This document shows, one piece after another, positions 47,732 through 58,185 of a stretch of 64,000 nucleotides of DNA (within the stretch, counting starts at the first letter, position 1; every line of letters starts with the position of its first letter). Under the pieces are notes generated by a model. It was not told where the DNA came from and ran no database searches. It saw nothing but the letters and a program-made list of their open reading frames with translations. The translations under genes were made by a program, and so were the position numbers. The stretch lies in the NCBI GenBank assembly GCA_031362565.1, contig JANLSU010000069.1, positions 1-64,000 of the forward strand, read 5' to 3'. The stretch comes from a bacterium. Its GTDB lineage: Bacteria; Krumholzibacteriota; Krumholzibacteriia; G020349025.

Positions 47732-48421
47732 TCACCAAATCGTCGCGCCCAGCCCAACGAATGCCTGCAGATACCCAGGGTGGATCGTCACCGCACCCCG
47801 GCTGGTGAGCTGCTGCGGAACATTGAAACTCTTCAAGAACCGCGTGCCGCCTTCCACGAAAAAACGCCGGTATTGCAGGTCGCAACCGATCGTGAAATCG
47901 TACCCGAATGCCGCGTTGGATTCGGAGCCAAGGTCCTGGTGCAAAGACTGGTCGGGGTTCGCGTCGTTCGGTACCGTGAGCTGAGTGCCGATCGTGTACA
48001 TGTGCACGGCCACATTTGCACCCACGAATGGCCGGAAGAAACCGTGGCCATGCGGCCCCAGCTCCCCACCCAAGGTCACGCGGAAGAACTGCTGCGAAGT
48101 TGTTTGCTCGACGCGCAGTGGGCTTTGTGGGTCATTGACCAGTATCGTTCGATCGAGGAGATTGACGATTTCGAAGCCGGCGCCGAACCCGATGCCGTGC
48201 TGCAGGAACGATGGACTGACGACGGCGCGAATGCCGCCGCCCCAACCGGCGCTGCTGAAATCTTTGGCGTCCGCACCGCTCGGTTCGATCCGCACCCCAT
48301 AGAGTGCGATCTTGACCGGAGTGCCGGTCGCGTGCGCTGCGTGAGTTGGCGCGCAAAGAGATCCAGCCATCAGGGCCAAGCTGGTGACAATGGCCGATTG
48401 TGACGGAGACGACGTCTTCAT
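47732..48421 (-). CDS. Small outer-membrane beta-barrel protein
   Basis: Signal peptide, amphipathic strands, RPFVG, terminal aromatic (TIW). Confidence 0.7.
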   Translation of the reverse strand: MKTSSPSQSAIVTSLALMAGSLCAPTHAAHATGTPVKIALYGVRIEPSGADAKDFSSAGWGGGIRAVVSPSFLQHGIGFGAGFEIVNLLDRTILVNDPQSPLRVEQTTSQQFFRVTLGGELGPHGHGFFRPFVGANVAVHMYTIGTQLTVPNDANPDQSLHQDLGSESNAAFGYDFTIGCDLQYRRFFVEGGTRFLKSFNVPQQLTSRGAVTIHPGYLQAFVGLGATIW

Positions 48422-48534
48422 GCGTCTGCCTTTCTTCCCCATAGGTCTGGGACGCATGGCCGCGAGAAATCGCGAACGCGCGCCATCCCTGCCGAAACTG
48501 TGATCAGGGAGGAAGGTAGCAGATCCCCGTCGCT

Positions 48535-49122
48535 TCAGGGTTTGTGCTTCATCGGCACCTTGAGTTCACCCAGCTCCACGATCATGTCCTCGGCCGAGGT
48601 CGGCGGCCGGACCTGCTTGTCGATGAAGGCGATCTTGCCATTCTTGTCGATGTAGAAGGTCCAGCGGTTGGAGAAGCCGCGTGGGTTCATGACGCCGTAC
48701 GCGGTCGCGACTTCCTGGGTTGGATCGGCGAGGATGGGGAAGTCGGCCGCTGCCTTTTCGACGACCTTGGCGGTTTCTCCCTGGCCGAGCGTCACCGACG
48801 TCGCCTTTGCGAACGCCGCGTTGTCGGCGACCGAATCGACGCTCGCCATGAAGTACGCCACGTCATACTTCCGGATCTTGGCGCCGTTTTCGGCCAGTGA
48901 CTTGCATTCGATCGTGCAGCCGCCCGTGAATGCCTTGGGGAACCAGGCCACAACTACGGCCTTCTTGCCTTTGAAGTCCGCCAGCTTGTACGTCTTGCCG
49001 TCGGACGCTTGGAGCGCAAAGTCTGGGGCCTGATCGCCGACCTTGAGTTCGACGCCACGCACGGGCGCAGTCACTCCCATGGCCAGGCTTGCAGCGACTG
49101 CAATCGTCAACATCCGACGCAT
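48535..49122 (-). CDS. Exported peroxiredoxin (BCP/PrxQ-like)
   Basis: Signal peptide; APDF, WFPKAFTGGCTIEC, RWTFYID. Confidence 0.88.
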   Translation of the reverse strand: MRRMLTIAVAASLAMGVTAPVRGVELKVGDQAPDFALQASDGKTYKLADFKGKKAVVVAWFPKAFTGGCTIECKSLAENGAKIRKYDVAYFMASVDSVADNAAFAKATSVTLGQGETAKVVEKAAADFPILADPTQEVATAYGVMNPRGFSNRWTFYIDKNGKIAFIDKQVRPPTSAEDMIVELGELKVPMKHKP

Positions 49123-49158
49123 TCACGAACCTCCTGGGTCGATACGACTTCGTGGCGG

Positions 49159-50359
49159 TTAGGGCCTGGATTCGGCACCGTCGCCGCTGCCGCGGTGTGA
49201 TGGATCGAGCTCGGCGATCTTGCGCGTCAGCGCCTGGGTCAGGAACGGCAGGTGCCCGGCGACGCCGATTGCGGCGTTGCGCACCGATCGCGCTGCCGGC
49301 GACCCGAGCGTCGCCATCCGCGTCATGCGATCGGTGAACGCCACAACCTCCCCGGCAACCTTTGTGGCGGTGGCTGGCCCAAGCATCGAGCCGCTCGGTG
49401 TCGGCACCACCAATCACGTCGGCCAGCACACCGGCGAGCGACATCGCATCCTGAATGCCGGTGTTCATGCCCTGGCCGCCGGCCGGGCTGTGTACGTGGG
49501 CTGCGTCCCCACAGAGCAGCACGCGCCCTTTCCGGGGGCTCTCGGCGACCCGATGGTGGACGCGGAACCGTGACGACCAGACGCTGTCTTGGATCTGCGC
49601 CTTCTTGGCGTGCGGGCCGCGCGCGTCGAGCAGGTCCTGGATGTAGGCGGCCGAAGGCTGCTCCGGCGCATCGTCGGCCGTGGCGACGATGCGGTAGCGG
49701 TTCTCGGGCAGCGGCGCCACGACAACGAAACCTTCCGGCGCGAAGAAGAGGCTTCCCTCGTCCTGGGGGAGCGGCCAATCCATGTGCACGTCGGCCAGTA
49801 CGAAGCTCTGATCGTACACGGCGCCCGAAAACCCGATCTTGGCGTTATCCCGAACGCGGCTGTGCATGCCATCGCAGCCGACGATCCAACGCGCCCGGAC
49901 CGTTTGTGCGACGCCATCCAGAACGATGTCGGCTTCGCCGCCGTCAGGCGTGACACGCACCGCGGTCGCTTCGGCCGGGCGCACGACGTCGCCGCCCAGC
50001 GCTTGTAGCCGTGCGAGTAGGATCGCCTCGGTACAATTCTGTGGGCACATCAGAGTGAAGGCGTACTGGCTCGGAATTTCCTTGAAGTCGAGCGCCAGGA
50101 GGGTTCGATCGTGGTCGCGGACGCGAAAGATTGGCACCTTCAAACCCTGCTGCAGCATCGTTGGGACGACGCCGAGGGGCTCCAAGACTTCGAGGGTGCG
50201 GGCATGCACGACGGCGGCCCGCGAGGTGTTGGCGCCTTCGGAGAGTTTGTCGATCGTGATTGCCTCGACACCGCGCCGGCGAAGTTCAGCCGAGAGCGCC
50301 AGGCCCGTCGGGCCCGCACCGATGATCAGGATCTCCATTTGTGAAGGCATGGTTCGCAT
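49159..50359 (-). pseudogene. FAD-dependent monooxygenase, frameshifted near the 3' end
   Basis: GAGPTG, GCDG..SRVR, GDAAHVHSPAGGQGMNTGIQDA; homology continues in another frame after about 49362 (KVAGEVVAFTDRMTR...). Confidence 0.85.
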
Positions 50360-50547
50360 CTCTGTTTCTTCGGAACAGTCGACACGCGTGTGGCTCGCGG
50401 GGCGAAACGGAACTATACCGGTCAGGGCAGGGAGGCAACAACCACCGACCGGCCGCACCCGAGGCCGGGCCACGGGCGCCGTACAGGTTTGCAGCAGAGT
50501 TTTGAGCCCTCGTGATTCGAGCCCGACCTGCGTATTGCCTTCGCTGT

Positions 50548-50727
50548 TTACGTGCCGGGCGGGTCGCGGCGGCGCGTCTTGGCGACTCCACTCACGATCC
50601 CCATTCCCAGCAGGACGACAACGCCCACGCCGATCCACCGTGGCGGCAAGTGGAGCATGCTGGCGGCGACCGCCAATCCGGCGATGAGGATCATGTATCC
50701 GATGATGTAGAGAACGAACGACGACAT
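50548..50727 (-). CDS. 59-aa two-TM membrane protein
   Basis: AAGGAG RBS; MSSFVLYIIG...GVAKTRRRDP. Confidence 0.75.
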   Translation of the reverse strand: MSSFVLYIIGYMILIAGLAVAASMLHLPPRWIGVGVVVLLGMGIVSGVAKTRRRDPPGT

Positions 50728-50785
50728 GAGTTGTGCTCCTTCGACAAGGACTTCACTGAGCACGCGGCAGCGCTCCGGCGCCGCG

Positions 50786-51223
50786 TCAACCGCGGACGGT
50801 GAATCCTTTGGTTTCCTTCATTGCGCCGTTCAAGCCAATGCGTACCTGGTGCTTTCCAGCCGGCCACGGACCCGGATTGACGATGTAAAAGCTCGTGTAG
50901 CCGGTGCCGGGTTGGTTGGTCACGAGTTCCTTCTCGGAGACGACCTGTTCGGTCCCGCCCTCCGTGAAGAGCCAGCGCGCACTGATTCGAGTGCCGACGG
51001 GGGTGCTCTCGGTCTTGACCGATGCAAAGATCGTATCGCTGGGTGTAAAGGTGTCGACCGCGACGTTCACCTGCTGCGCGCTGTTGACCGCGCGCCCGAG
51101 CGAAACGTCGGTAACCATGGCGGTTGCCGGTGCTTGGTTCGCCTCTTTCTTCGCGCAGGCCACGACCAGCATCAGCGCAATAGCGGCGCATGATGCCTTG
51201 AATGCAGAAGCATTTGTACGCAC
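50786..51223 (-). CDS. Lipoprotein with Ig-like domain
   Basis: Lipobox VVAC; F.PSDTI.ASV...WP.G...V; AGGAGG RBS before GTG. Confidence 0.75.
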   Translation of the reverse strand: MRTNASAFKASCAAIALMLVVACAKKEANQAPATAMVTDVSLGRAVNSAQQVNVAVDTFTPSDTIFASVKTESTPVGTRISARWLFTEGGTEQVVSEKELVTNQPGTGYTSFYIVNPGPWPAGKHQVRIGLNGAMKETKGFTVRG

Positions 51224-51237
51224 GTCGACCCTCCTGG

Positions 51238-51543
51238 TCACGGGATGATGAATTTCTGCCCCGGGTAGATGAGATCCGGGTTCTTGATCTGATCACGATT
51301 GGCGTCGTAGATTTTCCGCCATTGGTTGGCGTTGCCGTAGAATTGGTGCGCAATCTTCGAGAGACTGTCGCCGCTCTTGACCTCATAGGTTGTTGCCGCT
51401 TTTGTTGCAGCAGCAGGCACCGCGGGTGAGGCAACCGGCTCCGTGCGGAGCGTCGAATTGCCTCCAGACCGAACGCCGGTAAAACCGCGCTCCGCAGCAT
51501 CTGGTTTCTTGTTCTTCCCGAAAATCTTGTCGAGAAAACCCAT
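51238..51543 (-). CDS. Small LysM-domain protein (YgaU/Kbp C-terminal-like)
   Basis: YEVKSGDSLSKIA..FYG....W..IY.ANRD.IKNPDLIYPGQ. Confidence 0.9.
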   Translation of the reverse strand: MGFLDKIFGKNKKPDAAERGFTGVRSGGNSTLRTEPVASPAVPAAATKAATTYEVKSGDSLSKIAHQFYGNANQWRKIYDANRDQIKNPDLIYPGQKFIIP

Positions 51544-51666
51544 GTCCTACCCCCTTTGGTGGGATTCGATTGCAGACTCTTGGATGCTCGGGCGAGCATC
51601 CCGTGACACCGAGCGAGAGTAGCCCCCGCGCACGTCACTCACAACCACGAGATAATGAACAAATCG

Positions 51667-52356
51667 TCACGCAATTCGCACCCGCGCTCCCCGGATCACG
51701 AGCCAAAGGATGATCGGGACTTCGGCAATCTCCAGAATCATCGCGAACTGGCCGACGGCATGCCCGTACCGTGGCAGAATCAGTGAAGTAAACGCACTGA
51801 CCAGATAGGCGACGCCGGCAATGAACAGCAAGACCCCGAAGATGCGCGGGATGAATCCCGATCGAATGGCAAGAATTCCGAACGGAAAAAGCCACAGCCC
51901 CCAGAAGATCGAGGCGACGGTAATACCCTGGCTGTGCAAGCGGAGGAACAGGAAGGCCAATGCATCCAGCTGAGCCGGTGTGAATACCGACAGGGAATCG
52001 GCACCGCGAACCAGGATCAGTGCGGCGACTTCGTTGAGCACGTTAAAAAACATGATCGGGACGGGAGTCAAAGATAGGATTACCATCAACACAGCATGTT
52101 TCGTGCTGACCGCCTTGAACAAGCGATAAAGTGCCAGGACCAGAAAAATACCAACCGTCTGATGGAACAATTCGCTCGCGATGCCGAGTCGAAGCAGCGA
52201 CTCGGATGCGCGGATGCGATCGGCCGTCGCCGCTGCGTCGCCCGACACGATTAGCTTGCCAGGGACATACTCCAGGCCAATGGGTGCCGTGATTCCGACC
52301 AGGAGATAGAGGAATCCAGCGACCCGGGCTTGCTTCTGGATCAAGTTCGTGGCCAT
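51667..52356 (-). CDS. DUF4386-family membrane protein
   Basis: ARVAGFLYL, IFWGLWL.P.G.L..RSGFIPR..G. Confidence 0.8.
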   Translation of the reverse strand: MATNLIQKQARVAGFLYLLVGITAPIGLEYVPGKLIVSGDAAATADRIRASESLLRLGIASELFHQTVGIFLVLALYRLFKAVSTKHAVLMVILSLTPVPIMFFNVLNEVAALILVRGADSLSVFTPAQLDALAFLFLRLHSQGITVASIFWGLWLFPFGILAIRSGFIPRIFGVLLFIAGVAYLVSAFTSLILPRYGHAVGQFAMILEIAEVPIILWLVIRGARVRIA

Positions 52357-52602
52357 GGTCCTTGCCTCGCGCTCGACTGGGCCAGGGCGATCGGGCTCGC
52401 CACGACCATGTGAGAGTGACGCGTCGTCGTACGCCCGGGCGGGGGAGAAGGTTGCACCGCGCCTGCCGCGCTCGCTCATCACCGCCCTCTGCAACCCGCC
52501 AGGCCCCTTGGTACCGGCGGTGGGCTGGTCGATTCTCTACAATATCCGCGCCCCCTCATTCGTCTAGAACGGTAGACGAAGGACGCGGCGAGCCTGGAGC
52601 AG

Positions 52603-53160
52603 ATGACACTCGAACAGGACCAGCGGATCTCTGAAGTGGTCAACCGGGAACAGTCCCGGCTGCGCAACTTCATTCGCGGGCGCGTGCCCGACCCGGGCGA
52701 CGCCGAGGACATCCTGCAGGACGTCTTCTACGAACTGGTAGAAGCAAATCGGCTGCTCATGCCGATCGACCACGTCACGGGTTGGCTGTTTCGCGTCGCG
52801 CGCAATCGCATCATCGATCTCTTCCGAAAAAAGAGACCGGTGAGCTTCAGCGACGTCGCGGTCGCCGGCGACGGGGACGAACTGCTGCGGTTGGAAGACC
52901 TGCTGCCTTCGCCCGATGCCGGACCGGAGGCGCTCTACGCCCGCCAGGTGCTTCTCGAGGAACTCGAGCTGGCGGTCGAAGAGCTGCCGGAGGATCAGCG
53001 CCGAGTCTTCATCGCGCATGAACTGGAAGGGCGCAGCTTCAAGGACATGGCGGCCGCGACAGGTCTCAGCGTCAACACGCTGCTGTCTCGTAAACGCTAT
53101 GCGGTGCTCCACCTGCGCGAGCGGTTGCAGACCTTGTTCGACGAATTCACGAAAGGATGA
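52603..53160 (+). CDS. ECF sigma-70 factor
   Basis: DAEDILQDVF, WLFRVARN..ID, LPE.QR.VF..., NTLLSRK. Confidence 0.92.
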   Translation: MTLEQDQRISEVVNREQSRLRNFIRGRVPDPGDAEDILQDVFYELVEANRLLMPIDHVTGWLFRVARNRIIDLFRKKRPVSFSDVAVAGDGDELLRLEDLLPSPDAGPEALYARQVLLEELELAVEELPEDQRRVFIAHELEGRSFKDMAAATGLSVNTLLSRKRYAVLHLRERLQTLFDEFTKG

Positions 53161-53170
53161 GGAACGGAAC

Positions 53171-53518
53171 ATGAGTATGGGACTGAAGCGAATGATGTTC
53201 ATCGCGCCGCTGGCGATTCTGGGGATGCTGCTCTTCGCCTTCCTTGGCGGCGAAATCGTGCTGCACCTGTGGAACGGGTTGCTGCCGCCGCTCTTCGGCT
53301 TCCACCAGGTCACCTTCTGGCAAGCACTCGGACTCTTGGTGCTGTGCAGGATCCTGTTCGGAGGCATTGGATTGCACGGTTCCGGCCGCTCCAACTACCG
53401 CCGTCGCATGACCGAACGCTGGGAGCGCATGACCCCGGAAGAGCGCGAGCGATTGCGACAGGGTTGGCGTGGCCGTTGGGGCTTTGTCCCTTCCGCCGCC
53501 GAGAGCAAGGAACAATGA
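53171..53518 (+). CDS. Small membrane protein co-transcribed with the ECF sigma
   Basis: LWNGLLP.LFG...TFWQALGLL.L.RILFGG; W..MTPEERE. Confidence 0.8.
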   Translation: MSMGLKRMMFIAPLAILGMLLFAFLGGEIVLHLWNGLLPPLFGFHQVTFWQALGLLVLCRILFGGIGLHGSGRSNYRRRMTERWERMTPEERERLRQGWRGRWGFVPSAAESKEQ

Positions 53519-53561
53519 GGGGAGCCATGCATCGAGGGTCGCCCGATCGCTGGTGCTTGCC

Positions 53562-54470
53562 TTAGAACGCCGCGGCGAGCGCCCGGGCAATGGCACGCTC
53601 CCGCTCGTCCGCCGGCAGGCCCCTCGAGACACTCCATCGAATGTCGTCAAACGAGCGGACGAACGCCCAGGCGCGGACGCGCTCGGGATCGAGATCCAGC
53701 TCGCCGGCCACCCGGCGCACAACGCGCGTCGCGCTCAGACGGTCCGGCCGCTCCGGGAGCAGGGTCCGGATCAGATGACCGGTGTCGAACGCCGGCTCGC
53801 CGGCGAGAGGCTTCGGGTCGATGAGAAGCCACGGCTCGCGCTCGGCCGCGAGGACATTCCCCAGGTGGAAATCGCGGTTCGCCAGAACCTCATCGCCTGG
53901 CGCGGTAGAAAAGAACGGTACACAGTTCGACCGCCTCTCGCGCCAACGCCGGATCGAGTCGAGCGCTGCCTGCCGATACGCGCGGCATGGCCGCGATCAT
54001 CTCGCCCCACCGCGCCACTTCTTCGGCGACCCGGATGAACGGATGGCCGATGGCGAGCGGCCGCCACAGTTGCCGGAGGAGTCCGCAGGCAAGGCCGATG
54101 GCTTGGTCACGATTCAGGTGGTCGAGGAGCGATGTCCCCGGCGCCAACCGCTCCAAGAGCAGCGCCCCACGGTCGGGATCGGCGTCCAGGAGGCGGACTG
54201 CACCGCGTTCCGCATCACCAGGGCATCCCCTTCGTGCCGCGTCTCGCGGTCGGCAAAGCTTACCTGCAGGACACTCTGGGTACCATCGTCCCGCTCGGCG
54301 GGTGCGGTGAACGCCACACAGCCGCCTACGAAAGCGTCGCCAACGCGGAGCGACCACTGCACAGCGAGTTCCTCGACAAGGCCCGGCAATGCGTCGAGCC
54401 AAGCTCGGCCAGCGTCGCCATGTCCTTCGAGGTTCGTCCGGACGACCGCGTCTGGTACCGCAAGTTTCAA
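53562..54470 (-). pseudogene. Aminoglycoside/hydroxyurea-resistance kinase (APH(6)-like), multiply frameshifted
   Basis: GRAWLDALP..., AVRLL.AD...GALLLERL.PG, RDFHLGNVL...WL.IDPKP..GEP.FD, LDPERVRAWA spread over several frames. Confidence 0.82.
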
Positions 54471-54605
54471 GGCCGCTCTCCGGCTTGGAGTTGAGACGAC
54501 GAACATACACGCTGCGCCTTGGGGTGGCGGCATCTTTGGACCTGTCGGCCACTCCATCACCGAAGGATGGTCGCGCCTGCGCGACCGTTGCGGTAGATTC
54601 CTTCC

Positions 54606-57600
54606 ATGCAGCTGACCCCCGGAACCCGGCTCGGCTCCTTTGAGATCGTCGCCCCGCTCGGTGCGGGGGGCATGGGCGAGGTGTATCGCGCCCGCGACTC
54701 GCGGCTCGGGCGCGAGGTGGCGCTCAAGGTGCTGCCGGCGGCCTTTGCGAGTGACTCCGAGCGGCTCGCGCGCTTTGAGCGCGAGGCGCGCACGGTCGCT
54801 GGGCTCAACCATCCCAACATCGTCGTGCTGTATTCGATCGAGGATGCGGGCGAATTGCGATTCCTCACGATGGAACTCGTCGAGGGCCAGGGCCTCGACC
54901 AGTACATCGCTCCCGGTGGCCTGCCCATTGCGCGCGTCATCGAACTCGGGATCGCGCTCGCGGAGGCACTCACCGCAGCGCATGAAAAGGGCGTCGTGCA
55001 TCGCGACTTGAAACCCGCGAACGTTATGCTGACCCGCGACGGACGTGTGAAGGTCCTCGATTTCGGGCTCGCGAAGCACGCGGTGCCGGACTGTGGTTTC
55101 GATGCGACGCAGGCCGCGACACTCGCGGCGCCGCTCTCGACCGCTGGCCACGCGATAGGCACGGTGCCGTACATGGCGCCCGAGCAATTGCGCGGCGAAG
55201 CCGTCGATGGCCGCGCGGATTTGTTCGCACTCGGTACACTGCTCTACGAATTGACGACAGGGCGGCGGCCGTTCGAAGGTGCAACCTCCGGCACGATCGG
55301 TGCCGCGATCCTGCGCGACACGCCGGCATCGGTTGCGAGCGTGCGGGCCGATGTGCCAACCGATCTCGACCGCATCATCGCGCGCTGCCTCGAAAAGGAG
55401 CCGCGCGTCCGCTTTCAGACCGCCCTCGACGTGAGCAACGAATTGCGGTGCGTGCGACAGACGCGAGAGGGCGGCTCTCTATTGAAGCCGCCGCCAACTC
55501 CATCCACGCCGCTGCTCGGGCGCGAGGTGACCCTCGAGTCGGCCGCCGAACGCCTGCGGGGCGGGGCGCGCGTGCTCACGGTCACCGGCTACGGTGGCAC
55601 CGGCAAAACGCGATTCTCGATCGAGCTCTTCCGCCGCCTGACGCCCGACTATGCCGGCGGCGCGGCCTTCGTCTCGCTCGCCTCGGTCACCGCGGCTTCC
55701 GAGGTGTTGCCGACGGTCGGCACTGCGCTCGATATCGGCGAGGCGCATGGTCGCTCGGCGCTCGACGCGCTCTGTACGGTGATCGGCGACCGCCGCATGC
55801 TCCTCGTCCTCGACAATCTCGAGCAAGTGCTCGATGCGGCCGGCGACATTGCGGCACTCGTGTCACGCTGTCCGTCGTTGCAGGTGATCGCCACGAGTCG
55901 GGCCCCGCTCAAGATCGGCGCCGAGTCGGAGTTCAGTTTGCCGCCACTCGAACTGCCGGCCCTGGATGCGACGTCGCTTGAAGCACTGAGGGCCTGCCCG
56001 TCGGTCACACTCATCGTGCAGCGGGCCGAGAAGGTGAAGCCGGGCTTCGCGCTCACCGCCGCGAATGCGGCGGCAATCGCCGCGATCTGCCGGCGTCTCG
56101 ACGGCCTGCCGCTCGCACTCGAGCTGGCCGCGGCGCGCGTTCGCATCCTTGAACCGGCGGCACTGCTGCAACGGCTCGACCATGCGCTCGACCTCTTGAC
56201 CTCGGGTGATCGCGACCTGCCCATCCGCCAACGCACGTTGAGGGCCACGATCAGTTGGAGCTATTCGCTCCTCGACGCGCCGGAGCAACTCGTACTGCGC
56301 TGTCTCTCCGTATTCCACGAAGGTTGGACGCTCGAGGCGATGGAGCAGGTGTGCTACGCCGAAGGTGAGCGCTATCGCGCGGTCGACGCACTCGACTCGC
56401 TCGTCGAGAAGGGGCTTGTGCGCGTGGTGGGATCGGGCGAGCGTTATGCGTTGCTCGAGACGATTCGCGCCTTCGCCGCCGAACAACTCCATGCTGGTGG
56501 CGAAGTGGACGCCATGCGGCATACGCATGCCGACTATTTTGTCGGATTCACGGCCGAGGTTGCCGCCGGTATCTTCGGGACGACGCAGCTCGAAGCCATG
56601 CGACGCGGCCGCGACGACAACGCGAACACGCAAGCGGCCATCCAGTGGCTTACCTCTGGGGCACAGGCGGGGGACCTCGTCGCGCTGGAGAAAGCGCTGC
56701 TGCTCTGCGGTCAACTGGACTGGTTCTGGCACATTGGCGCCCAGCACCTCACGGCGCGCCTCTGGTTGGATGCGCTGCTCGCGCTCGCTGCCGCTCGCCC
56801 GCCGAGCCGCGGCCGCGCGCTTGCATGGCTGGCCGCCGGGATGGTCTCGACGACGACCGGTGAGTGGGAGCGCTCGCGCGGCGAATGGGCGGCCGGCTTT
56901 GCGGACGGCAAAGCCGTGGGTGACGAGGCGGCAGCGGCAGAGGGGATCATGGGCGTGGGCTACTGCAACCTGAGCCTCGGGCGCATGGATGAAGCAAGAG
57001 CGGGACTCGACGAGGCCATCGCCCGCAGCGCGAACATTGGCTTCGACTTCATGCAAGCGCTCGCGCAGTCGCTGAAGGGAATGCTGCTTTTCGCGACCGG
57101 CAATCTCGCGGCCGGCATCGCCCTTGTAGAGGACGCGCGGCAGATCCATACGCGCATGAACGATCATGAGGGACGCGGCGTTGCGAACAGCCTTCTCGCC
57201 CAGATGATCTTCACAACGGGCGACCATGCTCGCGCGATCGCGCTCTATCACGACTCCCTCGCGTCGCTCGAGGCGGTGGGCGACCACCCGGAGATCGCGC
57301 GTGTGCACTGCGAGATGGGCTGGACTGCATTGGCCTCCTCCGATCCGCGTGCAGCGCAGGAGGCGTTTGTACGCGGGGTGCAAGAGTACGAGTTGGTCGG
57401 CAGCCCGCGTGGTACCGGCCTGGCTCTCTTGGGGCTTGCCGCGGTCGAGGCAGCTCTCGACCGGCCGGAGCGCGCCGTGACGATCGCGGCGGCGGCGCAA
57501 GCGTTGTCGGAGCGCGCCGGCATCGTCATCGCCCATCCCATGGATCCGGGCCTCGCGAGCCGCATCGAGGCCCTCAAGGCGTCCATTCCAAAGGGGACAC

Positions 57601-57668
57601 TCGACGGGCTTGTCGCGAACGCCGGCACGCTGACGCCGGCGGCGATTGTGGCGATGGTCGCGGAGTAG
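54606..57668 (+). CDS. Ser/Thr kinase - STAND ATPase - TPR-like fusion
   Basis: GAGGMGEVY, HRDLKPAN, DFG, APE; Walker A GYGGTGKT, Walker B LLVLDN, TSR, GLPLALELAA; helical C-terminus. Confidence 0.92.
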   Translation: MQLTPGTRLGSFEIVAPLGAGGMGEVYRARDSRLGREVALKVLPAAFASDSERLARFEREARTVAGLNHPNIVVLYSIEDAGELRFLTMELVEGQGLDQYIAPGGLPIARVIELGIALAEALTAAHEKGVVHRDLKPANVMLTRDGRVKVLDFGLAKHAVPDCGFDATQAATLAAPLSTAGHAIGTVPYMAPEQLRGEAVDGRADLFALGTLLYELTTGRRPFEGATSGTIGAAILRDTPASVASVRADVPTDLDRIIARCLEKEPRVRFQTALDVSNELRCVRQTREGGSLLKPPPTPSTPLLGREVTLESAAERLRGGARVLTVTGYGGTGKTRFSIELFRRLTPDYAGGAAFVSLASVTAASEVLPTVGTALDIGEAHGRSALDALCTVIGDRRMLLVLDNLEQVLDAAGDIAALVSRCPSLQVIATSRAPLKIGAESEFSLPPLELPALDATSLEALRACPSVTLIVQRAEKVKPGFALTAANAAAIAAICRRLDGLPLALELAAARVRILEPAALLQRLDHALDLLTSGDRDLPIRQRTLRATISWSYSLLDAPEQLVLRCLSVFHEGWTLEAMEQVCYAEGERYRAVDALDSLVEKGLVRVVGSGERYALLETIRAFAAEQLHAGGEVDAMRHTHADYFVGFTAEVAAGIFGTTQLEAMRRGRDDNANTQAAIQWLTSGAQAGDLVALEKALLLCGQLDWFWHIGAQHLTARLWLDALLALAAARPPSRGRALAWLAAGMVSTTTGEWERSRGEWAAGFADGKAVGDEAAAAEGIMGVGYCNLSLGRMDEARAGLDEAIARSANIGFDFMQALAQSLKGMLLFATGNLAAGIALVEDARQIHTRMNDHEGRGVANSLLAQMIFTTGDHARAIALYHDSLASLEAVGDHPEIARVHCEMGWTALASSDPRAAQEAFVRGVQEYELVGSPRGTGLALLGLAAVEAALDRPERAVTIAAAAQALSERAGIVIAHPMDPGLASRIEALKASIPKGTLDGLVANAGTLTPAAIVAMVAE

Positions 57669-57774
57669 GAATCGAGGGCGCCGTTCTCGCGGCGCCCAGG
57701 TGCGATGCCTTGGCATGAGCGTTCCGGGGAGAAGGCGATCCAGTACGAGGAGCAGCCCATGCGGCGCGAATGGG

Positions 57775-58185
57775 TTACGGCGAAGTCGCGACGGGCCGGA
57801 TCACCAGGAACCAAGCGCCAGACTTTACCGGCAGACGCATCTCGATCGGTTCATGTGAAATATCAACCAACCGGGCTTTGCGCTTGATGGCTTTGCCGTT
57901 CACCTCGTTCGTAGTGATGGAAAGCCGGCCCTTTTGCAGACTCCACGTGCCCTGCTCGGTGAGCGGCCGCTGCTCGGGGCTCGCGAAATGGCATACGAAC
58001 CGATGGCCGATCAAAAACTCGGCGGTGCCGATCTGTGCCATGCGGCGGCCTTCGCCCACCCCTGGCCGCTCGATGCGGCCCACCCACTTGCCGACGAGTT
58101 GGGACTGATGGATGTCTGCCGCGTGCGCCAGGCTCGCAACGACGGCCAACGCCGCAACAACGACGACGACGACGAGCCTTCTCAT
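57775..58185 (-). CDS. Small secreted protein (lipocalin-like?)
   Basis: Signal peptide AHA; LVGKW, GTWSL; GGAGG RBS. Confidence 0.6.
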   Translation of the reverse strand: MRRLVVVVVVAALAVVASLAHAADIHQSQLVGKWVGRIERPGVGEGRRMAQIGTAEFLIGHRFVCHFASPEQRPLTEQGTWSLQKGRLSITTNEVNGKAIKRKARLVDISHEPIEMRLPVKSGAWFLVIRPVATSP

